The notes under the pieces: model-generated
Seen by the model: only the letters and a program-made list of their open reading frames with translations
What the model was told of the DNA's origin: nothing
The model's database searches: none
Shown: positions 55,688-64,000 of the stretch, piece after piece
How the letters are laid out: each line of letters opens with the position of its first letter
Numbering within the stretch: position 1 is the first letter of the stretch
Source of the DNA: a virus
Lineage: Duplodnaviria; Caudoviricetes
Length of the DNA: 64,000 bases
Strand: one strand, 5' to 3'
IMG/VR virus record: IMGVR_UViG_3300021167_000258
Location: 6,162 to 70,161 of that record
Program-made: the position numbers and the translations under genes

Positions 55688-56517
55688 TACTTTTGTGCTA
55701 AAGATTCTGCTGCTTTCTCCCACCTATCCTTATTCTGGTTTATCTCTTCTATGATAACCTTCTCGGTTAACTTAGCCGAAACCAGCTGGCGTAACTCTGC
55801 CAAGGGGGAAGCTGCTGTGCTAATGCCCAACTCTCTGGCGTTACCCAATACCGCATCAGGAGACATTGCCTGAACCGCGGATACGATACCTGAGAACTTA
55901 GCAGCAAATGCGTTGCTAGGCATAGACATAAGTTGATCCATGCTGTGCTTGAATACAGTGCTACCGTAGAATGGGCTGTTTTCAATAAACTCAACCTCTT
56001 TCTTAAGGTTGGTGGTGTAGGAGCTTACGTAAACTACTGCTTCCTCATTTCCGGATTGGCGCTTGTGTGCGTTGTTCAGCACAAACAAAATAGACCGGAA
56101 AGGGGCGTATCTTCTGATACCATTGTTTAAGTAAGATGTGAAGCAATACCCGAATCCCCGGGTAAAGTAGGTTACCTCTTCCCCGTTAGGCAACAAATCG
56201 TCCTCCTTAGGGTCAGCGAACTTCACCTTGGAAGAGTTGTTGTTTAGGAGGTTGATTTCCCCGAATGTCTTAGCTATCTGCTGGGATAGCTCATTTACTC
56301 CATTGCTGTTTCCATTGGTAACTGCTGCTGCCAGTAGCTCTTGGGTTTTAGCCATCTGCTGTAGCAACATAACCAGTGCAGGATCTCCTGCCGGTTGTGT
56401 GGTTGGGGTAGCCTCTGGTATAGGACCCGCCTGAGTAACCTCATCCGTCTTGGTTACATCCTCTTTAGGGGACTCTTCTCCACCCTCTAATTTACTCGCT
56501 AATTTTCCTTCGCCCAT
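55687..56517 (-). CDS. Conserved protein downstream of the major capsid gene
   Basis: 276 aa, disordered N-terminus. Confidence 0.6.
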   Translation of the reverse strand: MGEGKLASKLEGGEESPKEDVTKTDEVTQAGPIPEATPTTQPAGDPALVMLLQQMAKTQELLAAAVTNGNSNGVNELSQQIAKTFGEINLLNNNSSKVKFADPKEDDLLPNGEEVTYFTRGFGYCFTSYLNNGIRRYAPFRSILFVLNNAHKRQSGNEEAVVYVSSYTTNLKKEVEFIENSPFYGSTVFKHSMDQLMSMPSNAFAAKFSGIVSAVQAMSPDAVLGNARELGISTAASPLAELRQLVSAKLTEKVIIEEINQNKDRWEKAAESLAQK

Positions 56518-56531
56518 AATAGATATAGTTA

Positions 56532-56561
56532 AAGTTCTCCCCCATTTCTGAGGGAGAACTT
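56532..56561 (-). terminator. Terminator or hairpin after the major capsid gene
   Basis: AAGTTCTCCC/GGGAGAACTT 10-bp stem. Confidence 0.75.
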
Positions 56562-56565
56562 GAGA

Positions 56566-57858
56566 TTACTCTTGGTCTAACCAGAATCCTCCTAGTGGGT
56601 TGTGGTATCTGGTTCCCAACATCGCCTGAATCCAGAAGTCCTGGTAATCGTTGATGCTGCCATTTACCCCCTTAGGGTCGGTTTCCCCAGTTTCAAAAGG
56701 CATATACCCGGTCATGCACATCGGAGTGACGGCTTCGGGGTCAATAACCAATAGACGTTTAGCCCAATCGGTGGTGAACATCGAAGTTTCCTTGAACACC
56801 TCAACTTCAATCGGAACGAAACGCTGGCTACCGATTCTGTACTCTCTCAAGTTCAGATCAGCAATAGTATCGTTCGGGGTGTAGTTGATTGCTGGTTCCT
56901 TCCACAACTTCGATAGCTCATACAGCCTTTCACTAGTTCCAAGAACGTAGCGAACGCTGCCCTCTTTCAAGTAGTTGGTAGCAAATGCACCTTGCTCGAA
57001 ATCGGTGAGTAGGGTTGATGCAGAGGTGGTGGCATGCCAAGAACCGGCATCCTGCATGGTGGTGAACAAACCATCGGTAGACTTAGCTACGGTGGTTCCG
57101 CCTCCAGGAAGGGTAACGGTGAACTCGCCCTTCTTTCCAGTGAACATGGAGATGAAGGTGTCTTGGAATAGGAGTTCAGTCTTATACAGCTTTTGTTGAG
57201 CCATATAATCCGTAACGCCTTGGTTCATGTGCTTCTGCTTCTCCATTCTGGTCCAGCGCTCGTCACGTTGGCAGAGTTGGATGTAGTTGGTTCTGCTAAT
57301 CCAAAGCAAGCGGTCGTAGTGCATCTGCACGTTCAAACCGTCGGCTATGATGCCCATTTGAATAGGAATCAGAGTGTTGGCTGCAATGGATGCAGGAAGA
57401 ACAGATCCGTTAGGAGCTTTAAGCGCCAACGTATCGTCGGTGGCGTTAACGGTAATACCGGTAACAATGGCCTTAGCCCCACCAGGGAGTTGGAGAATCT
57501 TGTTTACTGTAACGTTGTCGGCTGCACCGCTAACGCACACAAGGTTTCCAGTAGCACTACCTCCAGAGAAAGTAGTTTTTACCTTAATAGGGGCACGGCC
57601 AATACCACGCTCCAAGTAGGTAAACACATCATCCCCTACATACTCTACGGGTTTGTTGAGGATTGCCCTCATGGACTCATAGGCTTTAGGGGTTGAGTTG
57701 AAGATCTTATCAGAGATAACCCTGCGCAGCAACTCAGTCTCGGCGTAGCTATACGCGGCTGCGTATGGGCTACCTTCCGGGTTGGTTGTGTGAGCTGCGT
57801 ATGGTGATTGTCCTACACCCATATTTTGTGGGTTGGGTACGGCTAAATATGAAGGCAT
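56566..57858 (-). CDS. Major capsid protein
   Basis: 430 aa after portal and scaffold, followed by a hairpin; RTNYIQ segment typical of HK97-fold MCPs. Confidence 0.8.
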   Translation of the reverse strand: MPSYLAVPNPQNMGVGQSPYAAHTTNPEGSPYAAAYSYAETELLRRVISDKIFNSTPKAYESMRAILNKPVEYVGDDVFTYLERGIGRAPIKVKTTFSGGSATGNLVCVSGAADNVTVNKILQLPGGAKAIVTGITVNATDDTLALKAPNGSVLPASIAANTLIPIQMGIIADGLNVQMHYDRLLWISRTNYIQLCQRDERWTRMEKQKHMNQGVTDYMAQQKLYKTELLFQDTFISMFTGKKGEFTVTLPGGGTTVAKSTDGLFTTMQDAGSWHATTSASTLLTDFEQGAFATNYLKEGSVRYVLGTSERLYELSKLWKEPAINYTPNDTIADLNLREYRIGSQRFVPIEVEVFKETSMFTTDWAKRLLVIDPEAVTPMCMTGYMPFETGETDPKGVNGSINDYQDFWIQAMLGTRYHNPLGGFWLDQE

Positions 57859-57871
57859 TTCACATTAAGTA

Positions 57872-58906
57872 TTAAGAACGAAAACCACCTTTACCTCCTT
57901 TCAGAAACGACAGCGTTTTATCTGCTGCTTCTGAAATAGGGTTGGAGGGTGGAACTCCTCCCCCTGCTGCTGGACGAACAGGTTGAACTGCCCTTCCGGC
58001 TAGATTTTCAAGCGCCTTTGAATCAGAGGCACTAGTGGCTTTAGCCATATAGTCCGATAATGTTTTTTGGTAGGTTTGGATTATAGCATCCCCATACTTA
58101 GCCATGGCTATTTGGGAAGCTGCCTCCGGTTTGAATGACCCATCAGGGTTAGTGAATGCGCTAGCAATTCCCCCGGCCATAATGGTAGCAATTTCCTGCT
58201 CCTTTGCCTTATCCAGCTGAGGATACTGCTTGCGAAGGTTTTGCAAAGATGTTTCAAAGCTGGCTTTGATGGTGGCTGAATTTACAGAAACGCGATCACT
58301 GGCCTTTACTGGGGATACCGTAGCCGATGCTTTAGCTCGTTCAAATTCCTTTTTAGCCATGCTTGTTATAGCCGACTTGGTAACTGGGTCCAGCGCCTCG
58401 TATCCTTCCTTGGTGAATTGCTGACCGGTATACTTGTTGATTAGGCCAACCTGATCCTGCGCCTCAAAAGGAATGTTGTAGTTCATGGAGGAGGCGTTAA
58501 CCATCTCCGACATCAGAGATACCGCATCCTTACCGTCAAGGTGGGCAGCAATTAAGTTCTGCAGCGGCTCTGGTAATGTGTTCAAAGTAGACATCACCGT
58601 ATTGTGGGCTAGCATAGCCTCGTTAGCGGCATCTATCTGACTCTGGGTATCTGATAGCCTAGATACTACATCCATGGCCTCAGCCAAATTGGTGTAGTTG
58701 GTTTTTAAAACCTTGTTAACCTCGGCAATATAAGCCTCTGGTGTGCCGATAATAATCGGGGCCTCTACGCTAAGGGGCACATCTCCTAGGGGAGTAGTTA
58801 GCATTACTGCCTGACCTTCCGGAGCAGGGGCTGGTGCCGCTGCCTGACCTTCAACTGGAGGTATTGCTACTCCCAAATCCTGTGGTGTTGATGTTCGTGG
58901 TTGCAT
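57872..58906 (-). CDS. Putative scaffolding protein
   Basis: Pro/Ala-rich N-terminus, helical, located between portal and MCP. Confidence 0.6.
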   Translation of the reverse strand: MQPRTSTPQDLGVAIPPVEGQAAAPAPAPEGQAVMLTTPLGDVPLSVEAPIIIGTPEAYIAEVNKVLKTNYTNLAEAMDVVSRLSDTQSQIDAANEAMLAHNTVMSTLNTLPEPLQNLIAAHLDGKDAVSLMSEMVNASSMNYNIPFEAQDQVGLINKYTGQQFTKEGYEALDPVTKSAITSMAKKEFERAKASATVSPVKASDRVSVNSATIKASFETSLQNLRKQYPQLDKAKEQEIATIMAGGIASAFTNPDGSFKPEAASQIAMAKYGDAIIQTYQKTLSDYMAKATSASDSKALENLAGRAVQPVRPAAGGGVPPSNPISEAADKTLSFLKGGKGGFRS

Positions 58907-58923
58907 AGTCTTTTCGATTAGTG

Positions 58924-58931
58924 CAAAATTA
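58924..58931 (-). promoter_or_regulatory. -7 box upstream of the scaffold/MCP genes
   Basis: TAATTTTG matches TAnnTTTG. Confidence 0.45.
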
Positions 58932-58951
58932 AAATATATTTATTTAATAAC

Positions 58952-61144
58952 CTACTGTTTAGGAATTAATTTTGATTCTAGCTGCGCTTCTCTATCGAGC
59001 TGCTTGTTTATGTCCTCCCTATCCTCTACGCGCAGCTGCTCCTCTCGCATACTTTGAGCCACCTGAGCCTGTTCTTGAGATTTCATCTCAGCGTTAGCTT
59101 GCGCGGCTTTGGCTTGCATTTTCTCCAAGATTTCTCCCTCTTCAATGGTTTCCCTAACCGCTTCATAAACCTCAGCCATGGTAGATACTCCTACTACCCG
59201 AGCGAATCTCTTTTTATCCAGCAACCCTATCTGTAAGAATTGAGTTGCGGTCTGGGTTGCCAGCTGCTTTTCTTGCTCGGGGTCAGCAAACCTAACCACC
59301 TCCGCTAAGAGTTGTTCGTAGCGTATGTCCTTGGTCAGCTTGAATACCTCAACAGCCCCCATTCCGGACATATCGTGCAGCACCTCTGAGTTATCGGTAT
59401 ATAGTTTTCTGCCTACAGATAGAATGCATTGTGCCACCCCTTTGAATGCGGACTCAATAGCCCCATAGAAAGGTTCTTGTATAACCGATCCCTTCTGCAT
59501 CATCAGCTGCATAACCCCTACCAACTGGTCAGGACCTGCCCCACCTTTTAGGGCTTGATTAACCCCAGATACTTCCTCCATTCCGCGCTTATAATTTTCA
59601 GCTAAGGATGAGAGAACCATGGTAGCGTTCTTGATTGTGGTGTCGTAGGTTCCAACCGCATTTTGAACTCCCATTCCCTTAGCATGTAAGAAAATTGGTG
59701 CCCCCTGCTTAACCCTACGCTGTAGATCCATCATATCCGCATTACCTACCTGATCTTGGTCGATAACAGGACCGGCTCCACCCGAGTTGTTGATCTGGTT
59801 CTCCATGATAGAGTAGAACCTATTAACCAACCTCTGGGGGTTTATCATAGCCTCCACTGGAGAAATAACATCCCCTCCCGCATACACCCATGTCCCAACT
59901 TTATAGGGAACAACGGTGCTGGTAGGCATGAATATATCCTCCTCTTGGTATTCTACCTCCCCGTGGGAAAGAACAATATCCCCTAAGTTCTTTAGCTTAC
60001 CCCCTGCTGAGGTATACTCGGCTGGGATAAACTTACAAAATCTCCAAACATCGCAGGGAATCATTACCTTGCTGATGCCTTTATTTCTTACTACCTTCTT
60101 TTGGTAAGGGGTTAGACTAGTGTAAGGAAGTAGGTCTGCTTCTGTATACTTCTTTGTCTCATCATTACCGTATGGGTAATCTAACCGCTTGAATACTACT
60201 TGACCATACTCGTCCATTACATACCCACACCACACCACGGAAATATCCCTCCACGTTGTTGTGTATACGTGGGCTCTGCCGTTTATATCAAACCCTACTC
60301 CGTTGTTAGACCCTACGGCCTTGCTAGAGATGTTCTCCAACTCTCTCCTCAATAGAGGGTCTATATCATAGTGCTCCTCGAAAATATCCGAAAGTAACTC
60401 AGAACTATACTCCATGAAGTATTCGCTATCGCGTAGTCTAGGGTCTAATGCCCGTCTATCCCAGCCAAACCTATCTGGAATAACCCTACGAACCAGCTGC
60501 CTACCCCCACGAATGTATGGGTAAAGTATGCATATTCCGGCAGTGGCTACGTCCATGGCCAAATCCCCCTTAAGGGAATCTAACTCCATGTAGGAGTAGG
60601 AGGCGTTTAGTAGCCTATTACCCTCCCTTACAAATTCGTCTCTATAGAACGTGCTGAATAGTTTCTTTGTATCCTCTGGAGTTTCCCCAACGGCTGGATT
60701 GACCTTGGCTAACCACTCCTTGAACATAGGAACTTGGGAAGCAGTGAATCCTAGCGTAAGCAACCGGTTTAACCTATCATCATACCTACTCCTTGCTCCG
60801 GGGGACATATTCCTGCACCCAAACCTAAAGCTCATATTCATGGCATTACCACGCCACTGCTCAACCATGGGCTGTACAAAATTTCGTATTGCCCGGATTC
60901 TATTGTTAGTCTCCCCCTGATCGTCTATGAAGAACGTGGCTATATCCTCCTGATCTATCCACTGGTTACCCATGTAGAAGCTCATACACTTGGTGAACAT
61001 ATCCACGTATCGGCTTTGTTGGGAGTTGTTGCACGCCCCTACTACAAACCTACCATACTCGGAATGATACTTCTCATCCTTTTGTGATTCGGGAGTTGAT
61101 ATTCTGTCCGGTCTAGTGCTCTGAGTTATGAGAAGATTTACCAT
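58952..61144 (-). CDS. Portal protein
   Basis: 730 aa; FYMGNQW, NRIRAIRNFVQPMVE, QRLVNRFYS, EEVSGVNQALKG; Gln-rich crown. Confidence 0.85.
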   Translation of the reverse strand: MVNLLITQSTRPDRISTPESQKDEKYHSEYGRFVVGACNNSQQSRYVDMFTKCMSFYMGNQWIDQEDIATFFIDDQGETNNRIRAIRNFVQPMVEQWRGNAMNMSFRFGCRNMSPGARSRYDDRLNRLLTLGFTASQVPMFKEWLAKVNPAVGETPEDTKKLFSTFYRDEFVREGNRLLNASYSYMELDSLKGDLAMDVATAGICILYPYIRGGRQLVRRVIPDRFGWDRRALDPRLRDSEYFMEYSSELLSDIFEEHYDIDPLLRRELENISSKAVGSNNGVGFDINGRAHVYTTTWRDISVVWCGYVMDEYGQVVFKRLDYPYGNDETKKYTEADLLPYTSLTPYQKKVVRNKGISKVMIPCDVWRFCKFIPAEYTSAGGKLKNLGDIVLSHGEVEYQEEDIFMPTSTVVPYKVGTWVYAGGDVISPVEAMINPQRLVNRFYSIMENQINNSGGAGPVIDQDQVGNADMMDLQRRVKQGAPIFLHAKGMGVQNAVGTYDTTIKNATMVLSSLAENYKRGMEEVSGVNQALKGGAGPDQLVGVMQLMMQKGSVIQEPFYGAIESAFKGVAQCILSVGRKLYTDNSEVLHDMSGMGAVEVFKLTKDIRYEQLLAEVVRFADPEQEKQLATQTATQFLQIGLLDKKRFARVVGVSTMAEVYEAVRETIEEGEILEKMQAKAAQANAEMKSQEQAQVAQSMREEQLRVEDREDINKQLDREAQLESKLIPKQ

Positions 61145-61147
61145 ATC

Positions 61148-61744
61148 CTACCTTTTTTGCTCGTTGAAAAATCGCTGGGCTACCGAATCTCCTGTCTCCT
61201 CTGACATGGATTCGTCTACCTCCTTAACCCCAAAGCCATGCTCTAGCTGGGCTATGATACTTGGAAGGGTTTCCGATAGATTCTTAGCGGCTCGCATATA
61301 CGCCCCCATATCGTATTCAGAATCCTTATCCTTGTAGTTATCTATATCCTCAACTTTCTTTAAGTTGTTGAATACATTTACAAGCATGGTTCTGGCAGCG
61401 TCCCTAATTCCTGGTTGAAACTCTGCCATCTTATCCATGGCAATTTTTATATAATCCGGAAATACTAGATCAAGGTAGTTATCCAACTCCCTTGAGTTTA
61501 AGTATTTACCTATATCGTTTGAATCTTTTGGCTTAATCATCTCCGCCAACTGTAATGCTCTCAAAACTCTGTTCTCTGGGAGCATGTTTGTGGTGATTAG
61601 CGGGGATGTTTTGTTTGAATAGAACCAGACAAAAACCAGCTCTTTTCCGGTCAATGGTTTAAACTCCGGAGTATCCGAAAGCTCTTTGTAGCTGGCTTTA
61701 TACTTTTGTGGGTTTATTCCCCTTGGGTCGAAAACGGTTATCAT
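61148..61744 (-). CDS. Hypothetical protein between terminase and portal (possible small terminase subunit)
   Basis: 198 aa; position only. Confidence 0.5.
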   Translation of the reverse strand: MITVFDPRGINPQKYKASYKELSDTPEFKPLTGKELVFVWFYSNKTSPLITTNMLPENRVLRALQLAEMIKPKDSNDIGKYLNSRELDNYLDLVFPDYIKIAMDKMAEFQPGIRDAARTMLVNVFNNLKKVEDIDNYKDKDSEYDMGAYMRAAKNLSETLPSIIAQLEHGFGVKEVDESMSEETGDSVAQRFFNEQKR

Positions 61745-63819
61745 GCTACTGGAACTTTAGTTGCTTTTCTTACAAGGCTACCGTCGCTGTTGCGGTATAG
61801 CTTTTGAACAATTTGATACTGCACTTTCTTGTCCTCTGAGTCCTCACACCTATCGTGAGGGAAACACTGTGTGCAAATATACGAATAAACTAGCGAATAT
61901 AGCGTATCATCTTGATAGTATCTGTGATCCTTGGTTGCCCACGTTATCTTACCACCAGAAGTTTGCTTCTGCTCGAAGGTAGCAATCTGGGTGAAGTAGG
62001 TAGGGATTTCTATGGCTTCATGGTATACGCGCATGTATTCAGCCAACTCTGAGGTTATCAACTCCGCACGGTGCCCGTGGTTGTCTATACCATCCATTCT
62101 AGCCCCACCCATGAATCGAATCGGAAGTTGGGTGTTGAACACAATACTTAACCCATACCCCATGCTGGTTACAAACTCGATGTAGGAGGTGCCAATATTG
62201 GCCTCCACCAATTCCGGACACTTACTCAACCCTCCGGTGGCGTAATACATGCCCATGAGTAAACTCTGTAGGAATGTTATCTTCGGGTCGTGGTCCTTTC
62301 TAAAGTTCAGTAGGCATGCTGGGGTGTAATCAAACTTGTCTAAGACAGTTGAGCTGAACTTGGAGCTACCGGTGTTGTCTTGAATCGGGTCAGTTCCTTG
62401 GTAGTATCTATGCTTCCACGACTTCTGCACATCCCTTCGCATGGTAATCATGGCCTTATCGGGATCGCAGGGAACAAACTCTGCCCCGATTATCTTGAAT
62501 GGGACGTAGGAGTTGCCATCGAACTTTATGGACTGATCGTATATTGGCATGAAGTTACCATACTTGAGTGTGGCCGGAGCCAAATCTCTACACCGCTTAA
62601 CCCCTGCTTCGTATGCAACTCTGTCCATAATCATCACCGAAGATGAGGTGAACATATCCTCGAACGTGGTAGGGTAGTGCTGGTGGAATTGAATCTTTGT
62701 CTCCTCTACTGAAACGCCCATACTTGCAGCCCGGCTTCCTCCGTAGTAGGCTAATTTCTCTCTATCATACTCCTCTTGGGTAAACTTACAATCCCATGAG
62801 AAGAATATCGGAATCATACACGAATGGTAGGCTTTATCCTCCCACAATGAGAGTTGAGTATACCACTCGTTCTTGTATGCGCCCTTACCCTTCAACATTT
62901 TTCCACCCGTTCCGAATGCTATTACCTGACGGGCCATTACGTATCTACCGTTTACGTCCTTGGTGTAAAGGGTTGGTCTACCTTCCGCAAGCATGGCTGT
63001 GAGCATGGGTATTTCCCCAATCTCGTCAATCATAACCCTACTAGGGCTACCCCCGTTTATAGCGGTGGTTGAAGGGGGTATGGTGGTGGTTAGTGAGTTC
63101 GGTGCATCGTATCCTCCGCTTTTGTTCTTCTTCCCAATACGGAAGGAGTCCATGGCTGATGAAGAAACGGTTGGGCGCATCCACACCGGTAACTTGGCGT
63201 AGGGCCATTTTATCTTTTGGTCAAAAATTTCCTGACCGGTGGCATCGTCTTGGCAAATATACTTGCAGAAGTAGTTCGGACGAACTAACATGTCCCGAAG
63301 GTTGGCTATTCCCAAACAGGTGGTTAAACCTATCTGCCTACCCTTCCCAAGCATGTATGAGTAACCACAGTCGGTTATGAAGAAAACAACCTTATGGTGC
63401 TCATCCGCTACGTATCGCTCCTCACCAGAAGTTCCGGCCTCATCCCTGCGCCACGCATACCGGTTGGCAAAGTAGTAAGTGTTGGTGGATATGCGCTCAT
63501 ACTCTTGGAAGTGGAAGTCAAACCTATCCTCAGCAGACATGGAGTGGTAATCCACGGATAAACTTAGCCACGACTCGGCTTGCTTCTTATACATCTCGAA
63601 CGGAGCGTATCCTACCTTGTCCGAGAACCTACCGTAGAGCATGGAGTTTATCCACGCCACAAACTCAGGGGTGTGATCGAACTTACTCTCGGGTAGCCAT
63701 AGCTTCTCCGCTACTGAAACGTCTTTCTTACTTGGTAGTAAAAGCCGTTCCTGAGGAAGTAGAACCTCCCCAAGAGCAGCCTTTTCCTGCATGAGCTTAC
63801 TGAGCCGTCTTTTCGCCAT
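61741..63819 (-). CDS. terL: Terminase large subunit
   Basis: KGRQIGLTT Walker A, MIDEIGE Walker B, GTGG, GTDP and DDTL nuclease residues. Confidence 0.9.
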   Translation of the reverse strand: MAKRRLSKLMQEKAALGEVLLPQERLLLPSKKDVSVAEKLWLPESKFDHTPEFVAWINSMLYGRFSDKVGYAPFEMYKKQAESWLSLSVDYHSMSAEDRFDFHFQEYERISTNTYYFANRYAWRRDEAGTSGEERYVADEHHKVVFFITDCGYSYMLGKGRQIGLTTCLGIANLRDMLVRPNYFCKYICQDDATGQEIFDQKIKWPYAKLPVWMRPTVSSSAMDSFRIGKKNKSGGYDAPNSLTTTIPPSTTAINGGSPSRVMIDEIGEIPMLTAMLAEGRPTLYTKDVNGRYVMARQVIAFGTGGKMLKGKGAYKNEWYTQLSLWEDKAYHSCMIPIFFSWDCKFTQEEYDREKLAYYGGSRAASMGVSVEETKIQFHQHYPTTFEDMFTSSSVMIMDRVAYEAGVKRCRDLAPATLKYGNFMPIYDQSIKFDGNSYVPFKIIGAEFVPCDPDKAMITMRRDVQKSWKHRYYQGTDPIQDNTGSSKFSSTVLDKFDYTPACLLNFRKDHDPKITFLQSLLMGMYYATGGLSKCPELVEANIGTSYIEFVTSMGYGLSIVFNTQLPIRFMGGARMDGIDNHGHRAELITSELAEYMRVYHEAIEIPTYFTQIATFEQKQTSGGKITWATKDHRYYQDDTLYSLVYSYICTQCFPHDRCEDSEDKKVQYQIVQKLYRNSDGSLVRKATKVPVA

Positions 63820-63976
63820 GTTCGTCTATATCCTTTGTAGCTTTCTCGATGATGGTGTCCACGCACGCGTTGAAGTATTGCTTTTGGTTCAGCCCATAGT
63901 AGGCCAGGCAATCCTCCAGCAGCGGTTTCTTCTCACCATCAATGAGATCGAATACAATTTGCACTCTCTTAGCCAT
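63797..63976 (-). CDS. Ribbon-helix-helix-like small DNA-binding protein
   Basis: MAKRVQIVFDL...LLEDCLAYYGLNQKQYFNACVD; start moved to ATG63976. Confidence 0.55.
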   Translation of the reverse strand: MAKRVQIVFDLIDGEKKPLLEDCLAYYGLNQKQYFNACVDTIIEKATKDIDEHGEKTAQ

Positions 63977-63983
63977 ACTAGCA

Positions 63984-63999
63984 AGTTTTTGCAAAGATA
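63984..63999 (-). promoter_or_regulatory. Late promoter -7 element
   Basis: TATCTTTGCAAAAACT. Confidence 0.6.
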
Positions 64000-64000
64000 A

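Noticed and set aside
24714-63911. Many 60-200-aa antisense or alternate-frame ORFs in the ORF track (e.g. 45084 vicinity 44555..45160+, 41261..41749+, 57193..57696+)
   Set aside because: They are shadows of long genuine genes on the opposite strand, with no independent start signals or motifs.
1-64000. Stop-codon reassignment, as in some crAss-like phages
   Set aside because: Long genes are intact under code 11, and TAG and TGA both terminate genes normally.
1-64000. tRNA genes, introns or inteins
   Set aside because: No T-loop/D-loop cloverleaf was noticed by eye, and polymerase, terminase and helicases show no insertions. A tRNAscan run would be needed to exclude tRNAs formally.

Overview
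The window is a 64-kb piece of a lytic dsDNA tailed phage genome. The host is probably a member of the Bacteroidota, judged from TTTG-N20-TAnnTTTG promoters and A-rich leaders without Shine-Dalgarno sequences. The morphogenesis module has a crAss-like podovirus layout on the minus strand: terminase, portal, scaffold, major capsid protein, ring proteins, tail muzzle, HU/IHF-like protein, three ejection proteins, fibres and a lysis cassette. No virion RNA polymerase motif, integrase, tRNA, CRISPR array or reverse transcriptase was found. The plus strand carries a non-coding control or terminus region (about 520-1880), many small early genes, an SF2 helicase, a family A DNA polymerase with a UDG-like N-terminal domain, an SSB-like protein, SbcCD, a resolvase, RNase H and a RecD/Dda helicase. 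A bidirectional terminator at about 23070 meets a minus-strand primase/DnaB/DHH block. Most notable observations: (1) a complete type I hammerhead ribozyme core in an early intergenic gap (3307-3353) whose stem I contains the upstream stop codon; (2) accessory genes joined by a repeated stop-linker-start junction (TAAAACTCAGGACTTATG), which suggests cassette exchange without an integrase; (3) five 25-bp dyads carrying IHF-consensus sites in the non-coding region of a phage that encodes its own HU/IHF; (4) a degenerate dUTPase and a degenerate UDG domain; (5) a candidate single-protein spanin with a C-terminal beta-signal; (6) two genes split by single-base frameshifts, either programmed or sequencing errors. 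All product calls come from motifs read by eye; no database searches were run.
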